64,000 bases of DNA from Eledone cirrhosa (lineage: Eukaryota): contig OZ024740.1 of assembly GCA_964016885.1 (NCBI GenBank), positions 44,082,001-44,146,000 on the forward strand. The letters run 5' to 3'. A model generated the notes under the pieces. It saw nothing but the letters and a program-made list of their open reading frames with translations, did no database searches and was not told the DNA's origin. Positions 1 to 14,198 of this stretch are shown here, piece after piece (position 1 is the first letter of the stretch; every line of letters begins with the position of its first letter). The position numbers were made by a program, and so were the translations under genes.

Positions 1-28
1 ATCAACAACAACAACACACACGCATTCA

Positions 29-2722
29 ATGCCTCTCACCACCACCACAATCTTAACAAACACACAGACACAGAAAACAAGTAATGACAGTAGCACAGAG
101 ATCACAGAAATAAGGGAAAGTAATAGGATTAAAAGGAGAAGGGAGACTAAGGACAAAGAGAATAACCAAGACGAACACACAGACACACAAAATAGGGTAG
201 ATAACAACATTGAGCCAGTGGAAAGAGACAGGAGTAATTATGAGAGACATAGAAACAACCAGGAGGCTGTTGGTGGAAATAGAAATAGAAACAACACAAC
301 TAACAATAACAATAGCACTAGTACACATAAAGCAGCAGCCTGGAACTCTCCGTTTTATAATCCCTCCGATAAATCATTCGACCTGCGACGAGTCCACGCC
401 ACGACTTTACCATTTAACAAACGCACGCAGTTGCCGTCGCAGGTCGATGAACAAACAGAAGCACAATTTAGTATAGCTAGATCCGAACTTAGAAATATTA
501 TAGAACAGTATAGCAAGAAGCATAATAGAATAGAGGCCCAGCAACTGGGAAAAAATCTGCAAATGGCTTGCGTAAGCTCATGCAGCGCTCACGTAATGGA
601 GAGATAGCATGCTTTCCAACAGACAAGTCTGGCAGAATATCGGTTGACAGCCTGCCAAACTACATCCAGGCAATGCAACCCCACATCACTAACACAAGAG
701 AGGTAACACCACAGGAGCATGAAGATAGAGAAAAAGCCCTCAATGCCCATATGGTGATGTGGACGAATATAATGTAGCCCAACAAAAGGACTGCCAACAA
801 CTTCCAGGCCTGGAACAATGACGTGCCGGCGTTGTATGGGCTTCGAAAAGACCATAAAACGGGTTGTGACCCTGTCGCGGGACCACCAACACGGCCAGTC
901 TGTGGAGCTAACATTGCTAGTAACTACAGACTGTCCTACTTCCTCTCCCTGATCATACGCCCCATCATTGAGATGTCCCCAGATGTATGTGACAGCACGG
1001 AGGACCTCCTCAGCAGAATCGGCGTGAGTAACCGATCTGGGGACCTAACAAACTGCATAATAGGCAGTATGGATGTTGTGTCCCTGTATCCATCTATTGA
1101 CGTGGATTTTGCTGTGGAGAAATGCGTAGAAATGATCAGCAAGAGCAAGGTTGAGTTCCGTGGGATTGATACCAGTGAGCTGGGACTTCTACTTAAGCTT
1201 ACCCATAGTAATAGTTACCTAGAAACATATGACCTTAGCAACCTGTGCCCTACAAGACCAGCAAGAGGCAGACCACCTACCATTACCTCAATGGCCAAGA
1301 AAACCCACACAGATAGATGGAACGGGTGGACCAGAGCCATACGGACACCCGAAAACCACGATGAACTGAAGAAAATGATTGCACATGCGGTAGGGGCCAG
1401 CATAAAATTAACCCTTAAGGAACATATGTTCAAATTTAATGGAAAAACATATGCCCAAGAGGAAGGAGCAGCCATTGGTGTTAGCATTGCAGGCGACATA
1501 GCTAACTTATTCAGTGTATGGTGGGACAGTAGACTTAAACTTAAACTTAAAGAACAATTAGAAGACAGCTTAACCCTGATAATGTACTCCCGCTACGTAG
1601 ATGATATAAACATCGTAGTTAAGACACCCCCACTAGAGAACAGTCAGGAACTAGAGAAAAACACAATGGAAAGCATCCAGCAAATAGCAAACTCCATCCA
1701 CCAGAGCATTAGAGTTACTATAGACTACCCAAGTAGACACCCCAACCATCGATTACCTGTAATAGACACAGAGCTCTGGTTAGATACCATTAACAACCAA
1801 AAACAAATCCTCCATTCCCATTATGCCAAACCCATAACTTCCAAACATCTGATCCACCGAAACTCGGCCATTTCGGACCATACCAAAATCAACATACTGA
1901 TTGCGGATTTGGTACGGGTGATGAGAAATGTGTCCCGCATGTGCACCCCCGAAGAACTAGAGAGACACATACAACACTTCATCCACCGTATGCAGTTCTC
2001 TGGCTACAATCAGAGAGATAGAATCAGAGTGTATAGAGGAGCCAGAACCAAATGGGAAAAAATGGTAAATAATGACATAAATGGGACCTGCCCCTTGTAT
2101 AGGAGCAACTTTTGGAATAGAATAGAAAGAACTAGGAACAAGGCCAATAGAATAAACTCATGGTATGATAGCAATAAATACCAGAGTGTAATGTTCATCG
2201 ATACAACCCCTAGAGGCGAACTAGCCTACAAATTTAGAAGGGCCCTAAATAAACATAAACTCAATATTAAGATAGTAGAAAGACCAGGTACCTCCGTAAA
2301 AAGACTTATTAGCAAGACATACCCGTTCCAAAGACCCTCATGTGTAGATAAGAAATGTATAACCTGTAAAATAAGCCCCCATATTAACTGTAAAACTAGA
2401 AATGTACTGTATAGCATAAGATGTACTGAAGGACAATGTAGAAACAAAAATATAGTGTACATAGGTGAGACAGCTCGTAGTATAGGGGAACGGATAAATG
2501 AACACTGGCGAGACCTTCAAGATAATAAAGAATCATCTGTACTCTACCAACATGCTAAGATAGAACAGAAGGGTAAATTAGAGAACAGAAATAAAAATAG
2601 AATCTACACACAGAAAAGATGCAATGTTTAGACAAATTACAGAGGCAATAAACATAAAAGAATTACAACCAAAATTAAATAGAAAATATGAGTGGAACAG
2701 CAACATCACAACTTACAATTAA
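29..2722 (+). pseudogene. PLE reverse transcriptase / GIY-YIG endonuclease ORF, disrupted
   Basis: Motifs PTDKSG, LYGLRKDHK, RPVC, MDVVSLYPSI, GAAIG, RYVDD, linker CVDKKCITC and VLYSIRC..YIGETARS. Frameshifts near 560 and 2590; in-frame TAG at 775-777. Confidence 0.9.
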
Positions 2723-2926
2723 GGACAAAATGAAAACACACACACACATAGAACAAACAACCAACCAATAACATGTAAATAAATAAACAAATAGATAAAT
2801 GAACACAAACACACACAGACACCCGGATGTGGCGCATGCGCAAACTGAGCACACAACACATACACAGAAACAAAATGGCGTAGGACAGAAGAAAGGAAAG
2901 GCACAGAAACAAAGAAAGGAATCCCC

Positions 2927-2971
2927 AGTCACTGAAGAGGTCACAGAGTGTGTGACGAAAGGACTATGACT
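2927..2971 (+). ncRNA. Minimal type I hammerhead ribozyme in PLE pseudo-LTR
   Basis: agtca-CTGAAGA-g-gtcaca(gagtg)tgtgac-GAAA-ggac-TA-tgact: 5-bp stem I, 6-bp stem II, very short stem III, CUA site. Confidence 0.8.
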
Positions 2972-3409
2972 ATATATAAACAACTATCTGGTTGTGGAAC
3001 CAACCAACCAAACAGAAATTTATAAATTTGTAGATTTGTAAATTTATAAGTTTATAGATATATAATAAATTGAAGTGAAAGCAACTGGTGCGTGTGTTTC
3101 TTATTGGCAACATGACCCTCCCAAAGTATAACAATATCGGTTTCAACACACGATTTCAGATAAAGAATCTTGCTAAACAAATTCAGAAACGAAATATATA
3201 TATATATATATATATATATTTATGTTTGTTGGTTCACCACTGGATAGAACTGGTCATTCCGTATGGTCAACCTCGATGTAATATTAGGGAGAGCACTCGA
3301 CGTAATGCAACTCACCCGTCTTCGTTTGTATTGTTGGTGGTGCGAGTACGAAGTTAATTATTATGAAATAACAGGAGGCTGGACTGGTGTAATTCCTTAA
3401 AGGTTTATT

Positions 3410-3467
3410 ATACTATGAACATTTCAATGACCGGGTTCAGTATGAATTCGGTGACATCATCAGGTAT
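3410..3467 (-). ncRNA. Hammerhead motif in a short PLE-type unit (about 3370-3595; second copy about 16048-16240)
   Basis: Minus strand reads atac-CTGATGA-long stem II-GAAA-tgttca-TA-gtat. Confidence 0.65.
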
Positions 3468-3591
3468 TCGAAATAAGAAGAATTGGTAGTCGTCACTTGA
3501 GGGCGGCCGACCGAACTAGAAACTGCTAAATTGGTGGCCGCCTTCTCGTCACTCTGCCTTTTTAGCTCCATGTATTATATTCCTTTGTTAA

Positions 3592-3627
<36 letters not shown>

Positions 3628-3708
3628 GTGTGTATAATGGTAGCTATGTTGCTTCCGTAGGCGGTATGCCAAAATTAGCACTCAATATTCATACAGAGCA
3701 GAGTTTGG

Positions 3709-3894
3709 ATAGTATAAAAAAAAAGAAAAATCAGTGATGCATCTGGACAGTTTATTGCGTGTTACAATTGTTTCGCCGTAGAATCAGCCAGATCCATACA
3801 GTAATCATGGCACGAGCTACCTGCCCGCGAAACAATTGTAACACGCAATAAACTGAGTCCAGATGCATCACTGATTTTTCGTTTTTTATACTAT
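3709..3894. repeat. Fold-back inverted repeat containing the 3' half of an HHR
   Basis: Arms 3709-3776 and 3827-3894. Each arm carries GAAA-caattg-TA-acacg. Confidence 0.8.
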
Positions 3895-3901
3895 ATATAT
3901 A

Positions 3902-4153
3902 TATATCGGACAAACGGTACGCTGTATGGCGGACCATTTTGCTGAGCATTTGAGGGACATACGACTCGGTTTGGATACTCCTGTCGCCAGTCATTTCCGT
4001 TCTCCTGGTCATTCTTTCCTACATGTCTCAGTCCTGGGTGTCCTTTTACATCACGGATCACAGGCCTCGAGCACCAGGACTGATCAGAGTCTGATTTACC
4101 GCTTTGGGTCCTATTTCCCTCATGGATTTAACTCACATCCCCAATTTCTTTAA
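3902..4153 (+). pseudogene. 5'-truncated PLE GIY-YIG C-terminal fragment
   Basis: YIGQTVRCMADHFAEHLRDIR..PVASHF..GH..GFN begins directly after a (TA)n tract. Confidence 0.8.
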
Positions 4154-4420
4154 TACCCCGTCCATCAAACACGCGCTTGTACATTCACCCCTAGATTCCT
4201 ATGGCTCTCTTATGGTCAGAAACATATTCTCTTACAACTAATACAGACCGACAAAATATGCACACTCCACTTTTCCCTTCACAGCTCTGTATACACACAT
4301 ACACACCCTTATACGAGTATTAACATACATTTGCTCATAACTTCGTACTTCCTAGCACGCACACACACTCTTTTACTTACATATACACACACATTTCTTC
4401 TTAGCTTCGTATGGACGTAT

Positions 4421-4499
<79 letters not shown>

Positions 4500-4892
4500 C
4501 ATGCGAACAGCTCTTTTTACAAAACGTTTTTTTTCCCCATTTCAGGTAGACGCGCTCCATCATCAACTTTTCTAAAAAAGTAAATAATACACAAAACGCC
4601 AGCACCAACAGTTTTCCAAGAGATGTCAACATAAATGGACCTGTTATTTTTATCTATAGACATCTTTGTAACTCATCTTTCTATATGTAAAATTTATTGT
4701 TAACTGTTCAAACCTGGCTTCAGAATTTTAAACTATGCTAATAATATTCATTAAGACCGAAACAAATACATAATTGACCTTTTCTTTGTAAAGAAACATC
4801 ACATTTTCCTACAATATAGTAACAGAATTTAGGGGAGTGTATTCTAAATTTATGAAAATTATTTTCTTTTTTCTTTGTGGGAAGCTAATAAT

Positions 4893-5100
4893 GGTTTCTG
4901 ATTTAAGCACAAGGCCAGCAATTTGAATGGAAGGGGAGAAAACCGATTAAATCGTCTCCAGTGTGTTATTGGTACTTTATGTTTTCGACCTCGTAAGTAT
5001 AAAAGGTAAAGCTGACCTCGACAGCATTTGAATTCAGAACGTAAACGGTCGTAACTGTGTGTCACAAAGCATGTTGTCCGACGCTCTACTGATACTTCCC
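4893..5100 (-). mobile_element. tRNA-derived SINE (ggcacaaggccagcaatt family)
   Basis: Similar to the copies at 6332-6692; degenerate pol III A/B boxes on the minus strand. Confidence 0.7.
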
Positions 5101-5139
5101 TTGATAATAATGTGTCCTGATTTAGGCAGAAGGCCAACC

Positions 5140-5530
5140 AGTTGGCCACCCAGCAAGATGGAAAACAAAACCCGTCAAAGAGCAGGTGCACTCAGGAGAG
5201 TCAACGGCAATCCAATAGCGCATTTAAGAAACGGGTAAACAAAGCTCGTTAGCCTTGGCTGGCCGACTGTCGAGAAGAATCATTCTGATTTTAAAACCAT
5301 GGTAGATGGAACTCCTTAGTCACCTTAGTGACAACCTTTCAAGAGGCCAATGGCTTCATTCTTGTGAGGAAGTTGGATGAGCTGCGACTCGGTAGCCTGC
5401 TTCCGAGGAATGGTCGGGCGATGAGAATTATGGACATACATCTTCATAAAGATGTGCATTGGTGCTATAGTCCAGGGTCCCCCACCCTCAGCAAGGACGA
5501 TGCGAAGAGACCGGACCAGTATTCCTGTAC
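5140..5530 (+). mobile_element. Possible degenerate RTE-type LINE 5' UTR
   Basis: gctcgttagccttggctggccgac...gagaagaatcattctgattttaaaacc resembles, from memory, conserved RTE 5' UTR sequence. Long-range pairing gttggcca/tggccgac is present. Confidence 0.35.
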
Positions 5531-6331
5531 AACTACATTTTCTTAAATCATAACATCTTGTAATGCGTTTTCATCCAAACTAAACAAATATTGTATTTTT
5601 AACATAGGGATGTTAAAGAAATATAGTGAAAAATTGGCAGACTAGTTAAAATATCTGTTACAATGCTTCATGGTGTTTATTCTGGCTCGGGGTTCAAATA
5701 TCACCGAAATCAACTTTATAGGGGCCAGAAATAAAGTGACAGTCTATTATAGGGATCATTTCTTCTCTGTCTCTTACTTTCTATATTTATCATTTACTTC
5801 CTTATTCTTCGAATGAAATTGCTGTGGTCAAACATACAGAGGGATAGGCTCCACCAGCTTTAAATAACCTAGATTTACCGTATCTTTTGACGGTACCCCA
5901 ATGACTCCATGAAGCATTGAAGGTTTCAATAACGAAAAATATGGAGATATTTTAAGGAATTTACTTCTAAGTTCAAGTTCTAACAAATTTACGCTTTTAT
6001 TTTATTTATCTTTTATTTTATTTATTCGAAATCGGTAGAAAACGTAAGAATCATGAGAACAGACTCTATTCACTCGACTTTACATTTCCCTATAGTGTTG
6101 TGGTACTTATCCAAAGTGAAAAGACAAATTGTTTCTTCTTCTTCTTCTTCTTCTTCTTCTTCTTCTTCTTCTTCTTCTCTTCTTCTTCTTCTTCTTTAGT
6201 GAAAACAAATAATAGTACAAAAAAAAAAAAAAGAATGAGTGTGTCGTAGACAATGAGATAGGTTTCCTGTAACTGAAAACAAGATATGGTTTCAACATCC
6301 TATTCAAAGTCATTATAATTTACATATGCCC

Positions 6332-6692
6332 ATAATTGTTTCTACTTTAGGCACAAGGCCAGAAATTACCCAGTACATTACTGGTATTTTATTTTATCGA
6401 CCCCGTAAGGAAGAAAGGCAAAGTTAACCTCGGCGGGATTTGAACTCAGACTGTAAAGGGACGTAACTATGCTAGAAAGCATGGCGTCCGACCCTCTACC
6501 GATACTGCCAATAATTGTTTCTACTTTAGGCACAAGGCCAGCAATTACCCAGTTCATTACTGGTACTTTATTTTATCGACCTCGTAAGGATGAAAGGCAA
6601 AGTCAACCTCGGCGGGATTTGAACTCAGATCGTAAAGGGACGTAACTATGCTGAAAAGCATGGCGCCCAACCCTCTACCGATACTGCCAATC
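6332..6692 (-). mobile_element. Head-to-tail tandem pair of tRNA-derived SINEs (179-bp period)
   Basis: Units start at 6332 and 6511. Minus strand has A box tggcagtatcggtag and B box gagttcaaatccc. Other family members lie at about 5634-5760(+), 7018-7210(-), 12058-12230(-), 32240-32395(-), 34805-35000(+), 35035-35225(+) and 40240-40290. Confidence 0.8.
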
Positions 6693-9600
6693 CACACTGC
6701 CAATAATGTCACTGAGAAAGGAATGAACAACGTAATTCCGTCTTAAACTCCCATAAATAAATTACAGTAATTCCGCATCTATTTTTAAAAATAGTCCTTG
6801 AACCCTTTACTTGTTCATATTTTTTCCTGCAGTCATCAAGCTTCACACAACACTAACCGCGTCGTTCTCAGCGGTCTTGGTGGACCGTTGAAGGCCATCA
6901 TCACAGACACTCCCTTCAAAACAAATCATTAGAAAAAAGTTATAAAAAGCGTCAATAAAAATGTGTAAAATGCAAATATAACTCCCAGGAAAATAATTCA
7001 TCTTTCATAGTGGATTATAATTTAAGCACAAAGCTAGCAATTTGAAACGAGGGGAAACCAATTACATCGACCCACTAATTTCCTGGTACTTCATGTTATC
7101 GATTTCGGGAGGATGAACGGCACACTTGACCTCGGCCAGATTTGAACTTAGAAAGTGATGTAACTAAATAACGAAAAGCATCTTGTCTGACTTACCAACG
7201 ACTCTGGCAAACTATTAGACGAAGTTAACTAACTTCGTGAAAATATGTTTCTTAAACAGAAACTACCGAACAAGTAAACTACATTGATTACTATCACACG
7301 TTACTTTCTAAAGCTACAAATATCGATTTTCTACTTGTAAACAGTGCTGTGCTACATATATCTAGAGGCGAGATGATATGAATTAGTATCGTTCATGGTT
7401 TCCCATAGATATTTACTATGCAACTAATGACAATCAGTTACAATGGAAACGAAACCGGATCAGTCGGTCACTTGACACTAACAAACCAGAACTCCTACAG
7501 TGCTAAGAGGGGAACTGTTATGTGGTCATGGGACTTGCCAGAAATAGCAGCTTGATTTCCCTTAAATCCCACGCTACTGTCTTAAATGGATACATTAGAT
7601 TTTGCCGTTCCGGATTGACAAAAAGATGGGATAATAGCAACTAGAAAGCTTTTGATCAAAACTGTGCGCGTCCCGGGTGGAATTAACGACAGATATTCTG
7701 TTGCATTATATACCGTCATAAACTACGGTAGCTTTAAGTAAAAATTATACTTTAAACGAGAATAATTTCTTTAGAAAGTAGTTTCACATAAACTGAAAAT
7801 ATTATACATGTGGAACATATTTTATCATTAGGACTAAACAGCTTACGGTAAGATTTGAACACCGAAACTTAAGCAAGTAATTAAATAAGGTTTGTAAACT
7901 ATGTAGCGTTATACATAACAGAACGAGTCTTACTTCCAAATAATCAAAATTTATTAAATAACTAATTATTATTAATAATAGATTTTTTTAAAATATCATC
8001 TAGCGATTCCAGCCCAGTAAATAACAAGAAATACAATATAGTGAAAAAGAATGTAGGCGGTTGGTATATTTATATACATACGTCCAGTTAGTTGATTTAA
8101 TGCATTCGCGTATGTGTTCTGCCTACTGATTTACAGAGTATTTTAAATTACCGTACCTTTTTAAACAAATTTGATAGTGGTATAGTCAGTCACTTGACAT
8201 CTTACTACAAAATGTAGGTTGGACCAGAGACCACTACCTTTTGTATAATGCAATTTCTAATCCCTGCCTTTAATGATAACTCTTTCTATTTTCCATTCTC
8301 TGGATACTGCTGTCACTGTTGTTGCTGTTGCTGTTCTCGCTGTTCCTGCTATCCTCGTCATCGTTGCTGCCACCGCCAACGCAGTCAATCTAATCAAATG
8401 GACTAGGAGTGTAGGAAATCGATATCGCGGTTTCCAACATCTGCAACCCTTTTCATTATAAACAAACTGTTGATTCTTTACAAATACGTATTTTTATATT
8501 TTAGCTTTTCTAACTCCTCACAATCATATATCTAACTTCTTATGTATCTATTTATTTTTACTGTTACAATCTATCAATCTATTCATGCACATTTTCTCCC
8601 TTTATAATATTTCTCATACTTTACATACTTTTAACATACAATGCATTTAGTATATTTTGTCTTTTAACAATTTCAAATAATTTTCTCTCTCTCTCTCGCT
8701 CTCTCTCTTTATCTCTCTCTCTCTATCTATCTATCTATATATCTCTCTCTCTCTCTTTCTCTTTCTTTCTCTTTCCCTCTCTCTCCCTCTCTCTCCACTT
8801 TTTTTATTATCTTCCTTTTATTCACTTCCTACAAACTGTTTAATTCATATAGAACAGCAGTTCAGAAACATAAGTGGACATTTTTTTTTCTTTTGGATGT
8901 AAAGAAAAGAAATAGCAAAAATTAAAAAGAAAATTTGCGTAAGAATACATCTACATAATATATTACTTAAAGTAATAATAATAATAATAATGATAACAAA
9001 AATAATATATATAAAGCAAATCACTTAGAAATGAACTTGCGAAACTAAACAGAAAGGTGTTTAATAGTAGGGTCGAACGACGAAAGTGACAGCGGCAGTT
9101 GAGAGATATATGAACATCTTTATTATTATTACTATTTGTAGAAATAAAATAAATTTTCCCGTAGTAAAATATTGATCTAAATTCTGAAAGATATAGAAGG
9201 AAAAAATAAATAAAAATAAAAAAAACTGATATTTACAGAAAGGAACTTTACAAAGTCTCGCAACCATCATTGTCATCATTGTCGTCGTCATCATCATCAT
9301 CATCATCATAATCATCATCATCATTGCCATCCCTAGCTTTTAACCCCCACTTAATTCCACTCTTTATTTTTCATCAACTAACATTATCTTTCATTCATCA
9401 TGATTATAATCAATGTAATTATTTAACACCTTTCACTCGTCATACAGGCTTTTATTTTAATATTCTTTAGATTTTCTTTTTTTCATACACAACATCCACC
9501 TCCACAGACTTCGGTTGTTTCAAAGATATCTGAATAATTTTTTCGCTGAAGAAAATAACTATTTTATTTTCTTCGCAAAATATCTTTCATTTATATATAA

Positions 9601-10077
9601 TCATATATAAATTCATCATTATTTCTCTATCTTTTGATGTATTCATATATTCACACAGTAAAAAAATAACCTATACTTGATAAAAAAAAATTACCTATAC
9701 TTAATAAAAAAAATAACCTATACTAAATAAAAAAAAAAGTTAAACATTTCAAAGTAGTAATCAGATCAATAACAAAGTCTGTGTTAATTATCGAACTATC
9801 TAAACTAGACGATACTAATCTATATCGCATGTTTTACTTCATGAAATAAAAAAAACACCACGAGACAACACTGAACTATTACACAATTCGGGACAGATTT
9901 ATATTTTTTCCTTTCCTTGTTCACTCATTTCATATGGATTAAAATTCCAGGAAGCAATAGCATTCTTCAGATATCTTTCCGGAGAAAACAGTAACAGCAT
10001 TTGGATTTGTTACAGGTAATAAAAACTTTACTCATTTATTTTCATTCAATTCTTCTTCTTCTTCTTCTTCTTCTTTG

Positions 10078-10800
10078 TATCAGTCATTACACTGCGGCCA
10101 TGTTGGGGCACCGCCAGCGAAGGGATCTAATCTATCATGAGACATTCAGAATATTTATTTTCTGTGTCTTGGTACCTGTTTTATAAGTATCTTTATTGTG
10201 GAACCGCTAAATTACACGACATAAACAAACAGTACATTTGAAGAAAACACACTCACATGCGTGCGCTCTCATACATATACGTGTACATACACACTCACGC
10301 ATTCCCATTATATTTATTATTTAACTAGTTTCAGTCAGTTGACTGTGGCCAAGCTGTGACACCGTTTTAAAGAGATTTACTCAATCATATGAAGCCCAGT
10401 GTTTGTATTTAGTTTAAGCATGTTTCTTATTGTATCGATCGCTTCCTTCTTAAGCAGCGAAATGACAGTAGACTTAAGTACACGCACAAGCATGCGTGTG
10501 GACACACACACACATACATTCACTCACATACACGTATATCTTTACACGCACATACATACACGAAATAGGCGCTCAAACACGCATATACATATTCAAAAAG
10601 GCGCACACACGCCTAGATCACACACAGAAACAAATATTTTTTATTGTTCCACTGATTTCAGTTATTAGACTCTGGCCATGCTGGGGCTCAACCTTGAAGC
10701 TATTTGGTTGATCATATTTTTCAAAACTGGTACATATTTTATCGACCTATATTTTGTAAAAACGCTACGTTACTGGATATGAACCAAGTCAACGCAGGCA
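10078..10800. mobile_element. Cluster of three short dispersed repeats of a second SINE-like family (cagtcatt..ctgcggccatgctggggcacc)
   Basis: Similar starts at about 10080, 10330 and 10658, each followed by CA/TA-rich tails. Confidence 0.55.
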
Positions 10801-10823
10801 TACATAAACACACACACACATCC

Positions 10824-10860
<37 letters not shown>

Positions 10861-10891
10861 ATATATATACATACATACATACATACATACA

Positions 10892-10967
<76 letters not shown>

Positions 10968-11112
10968 TATATCTGTGTATTATCAGTTGACGTGAGACAC
11001 AAGTAGAGTTTAAGTATTTATTTAAATGGTGAAACTCCAGATTAACAAGTCTCACTACTTAGTCATTAAATACATACACACACATATATATATATGTATG
11101 TATATATGTGTG

Positions 11113-11190
<78 letters not shown>

Positions 11191-11225
11191 TATTATATAT
11201 ACATATATGTATATATATATGCGTA

Positions 11226-11271
<46 letters not shown>

Positions 11272-12493
11272 GTATATATACACAGACACATCTATATATG
11301 TATGTGTTGTGTGTATGTGTATGTATATGCATATGTATGTGTATATATATATATATATATACTCGGCTGGCTCCAGCAGTTTCCGGCAATTGAATTTCAC
11401 TCAAAAGGCTGTAGCTGAAAATATGTACCGAAATCCGAAACCCGAAGCCACGTGGCTGTGAACTGAGCCTTTAACAATAGAGACATGCCTGCAGTTTTAT
11501 GGGAGGAAGATTTGAAGTATTCCAATGAAGTTACTGTCTCAGCTAGAAGAGTCTTCCTGTTTCTCCTTAAAACTAATGTGCTAATGATATATATCATTTT
11601 CCTTTGCTATTAATTAATTTGAAAACTATATATATATATATGTACGGCAACACTCATCTTTTTCCATTTCTCCGAGGGTTATAAACTCCACTTTCAGGCT
11701 AGAAATTTCTTTAGTCTAAAATACGGTGAAAGCTTATAATTTCTAATTTCAAACTCGCGCACCGTTTCAAAAACATACTTACATGTTTACGTTTATATAT
11801 ATATGTATATATATATTGGAAAATGTGTGAGATCCTTGGTACAGTTAGGTATATTTGAAAAAAAGGAAAAGAATGACTTGACTTGTAGTGTTAACAAATT
11901 TTTGATTTAATTTTATAATATTATAATATTATGAGTTGGTAGATACAGCGTTGAAGGTATTTGATTTTTTTGAGTGCCGCGCTGTTATGCCATATATCCT
12001 AGGATTTCTGAATTTATGAACTGTCATACAAACTGCGAATGCTGAGTTTTGATAAAATAATTGTTTCTACGTTAGGCACAAGGCCAGCAAATACTCAGTA
12101 CATTACTGGTACTTTATTTTATCGACCCCGTAAGGATGAAAGGCAAAGTTAACCTCGGTGGGATTTGAACTCAGACTGTAAAGGGACGTAACTATGCAAG
12201 AAAGCATGGCGTCCAACCCTCTCCCGATAATAATGATTTGCATAACAGAAACCACCGCATAGTATATTTTAATTACTGACACATGGAAGTGGCTACATAT
12301 AAGAACGAAGTTTTAATAGTTTATTCCTCGGATATAATTACATAAATGTTCGGCATATATGTACAAATGACTCAGTTTTAAATATATGTGTAACTTTGGA
12401 GAAATGTAATGCTACAACCCAGAACATTGTGAACGGTTAGCTAACTTCTTGTCATGACTGGAATAGTAACTACATTGTCTGTGTTCTTATGGT

Positions 12494-12541
<48 letters not shown>

Positions 12542-12580
12542 ATAAAGAAGAAATTAAAAGATGGTTAAAAGAGTTCCATA

Positions 12581-12650
12581 TATTTTATTATGCGCATTTT
12601 GAATACAAAATCATCCTGGGACAAACATTGTATTCTCATCAGATAAAATA
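12581..12650 (-). ncRNA. Hammerhead motif with G12A substitution (probably inactive)
   Basis: tattttat-CTGATGA-gaatacaa..ttgtattc-AAAA-tgcgca-TA-ataaaata. All three stems are intact. Confidence 0.7.
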
Positions 12651-12715
12651 ACGTAACATGATATGAGGCATAATAGCACTTGTTTACAGGAAAGTGCTAA
12701 GTCTACATATATGTA

Positions 12716-13193
12716 GACTGAGCCGTCGAAACGGCTTGAGATCTGCCGTCGGAGTCATACTTTTTCCTATTTCCCACTCTACTACCCTAAGTTTTCTGCG
12801 TTATGGTCCATTTTGTTCCTTACCACAATTCCTTTGTTGGTATATATATATTGTTATACTTGGGGAGGGTCATATTTGTGTAATATTGCCAGAATTAATA
12901 ACAGAACACACTCACTGTTTGGTTGGTTTTCGCTTTTTGCTTCTGTGTCTTTTATATCGGTTAATTTAATTTATTCGGTCCTCAATATTGCCCTATATAT
13001 ATATATATATAACAAAGGAAATGTGGTAAGGCACCAGATGGACCATAACGCACCAACGTACTCAATACTTAGGATAGTAGAGTGGGTAATAGGAACGAGT
13101 AGGACCCCGACGGCTGAGCTCAAGCCGTTTCGACGGCTAATTCTGGACGATTTTATATATATATATATATTTCGACGGCTAGTTCTAGACGAC
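12716..13193. mobile_element. Stack of PLE pseudo-LTR 3' fragments separated by (TA)n
   Basis: 12716-12840(+) and 13011-13150(-) match the 17.6-18.4 kb family. 12850-12995(-) matches the family A 3' end. Confidence 0.75.
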
Positions 13194-13369
13194 TTTATAT
13201 ATATATATATATACGTGTGTGTGTGTGTATGTGTGTGTGTGAGTGACACGGCGTAACATTATTGTTAATATATTTTGTAAATGTATATTCAACTCATGCA
13301 TACGAAGATTAAATCGAACACGAGAAACCTTCCGACAAAACTTGGCACTAGTGATGTCGTAACTCATCT

Positions 13370-13505
13370 CTACAGCTGAGTGAACTGGAGCACATGTGGA
13401 ATAAAGTGTCTTGCTGAAGAACACAATGCGAAGCCCGTTCCGAGATTCGAACTCACAACTTCACGACTGTAAGCTCGACGCTCTAACCACTAAACCATGC
13501 GCCTG
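13370..13505 (-). mobile_element. tRNA-derived SINE head (third family; + copy at about 55760-56090)
   Basis: Minus strand reads gcgcatggtttagtggttagagcg..gagttcgaatc..cagcaagacacttt. The same layout occurs at 55763-55850. Confidence 0.6.
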
Positions 13506-13570
13506 CACATACATATATGCGTAGGCGCCTACTCATAAATATATATATGTGTGTGTGTGTGTGGGTGGGT

Positions 13571-14195
<625 letters not shown>

Positions 14196-14198
<3 letters not shown>

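Larger units (their letters stand above)
1..3135 (+). mobile_element. Penelope-like element family A, copy 1 (5' end runs off the window), with 3' pseudo-LTR
   Basis: RT plus GIY-YIG ORF, followed by a 3' region ending catgaccctcccaaagtataacaata. This end is shared with copies at 22.0-22.8 kb, 53.2-55.6 kb and 12.85-12.99 kb. Confidence 0.92.

Noticed and set aside
8200-8461. GC-richer stretch with short ORFs on both strands
   Set aside because: Low-complexity (GCT/GTT)-type content with no recognisable motif or convincing splice pair.
9545-9575. CTGAAGA followed by an inverted repeat
   Set aside because: Simple AT-rich hairpin with no stem I/III arrangement.
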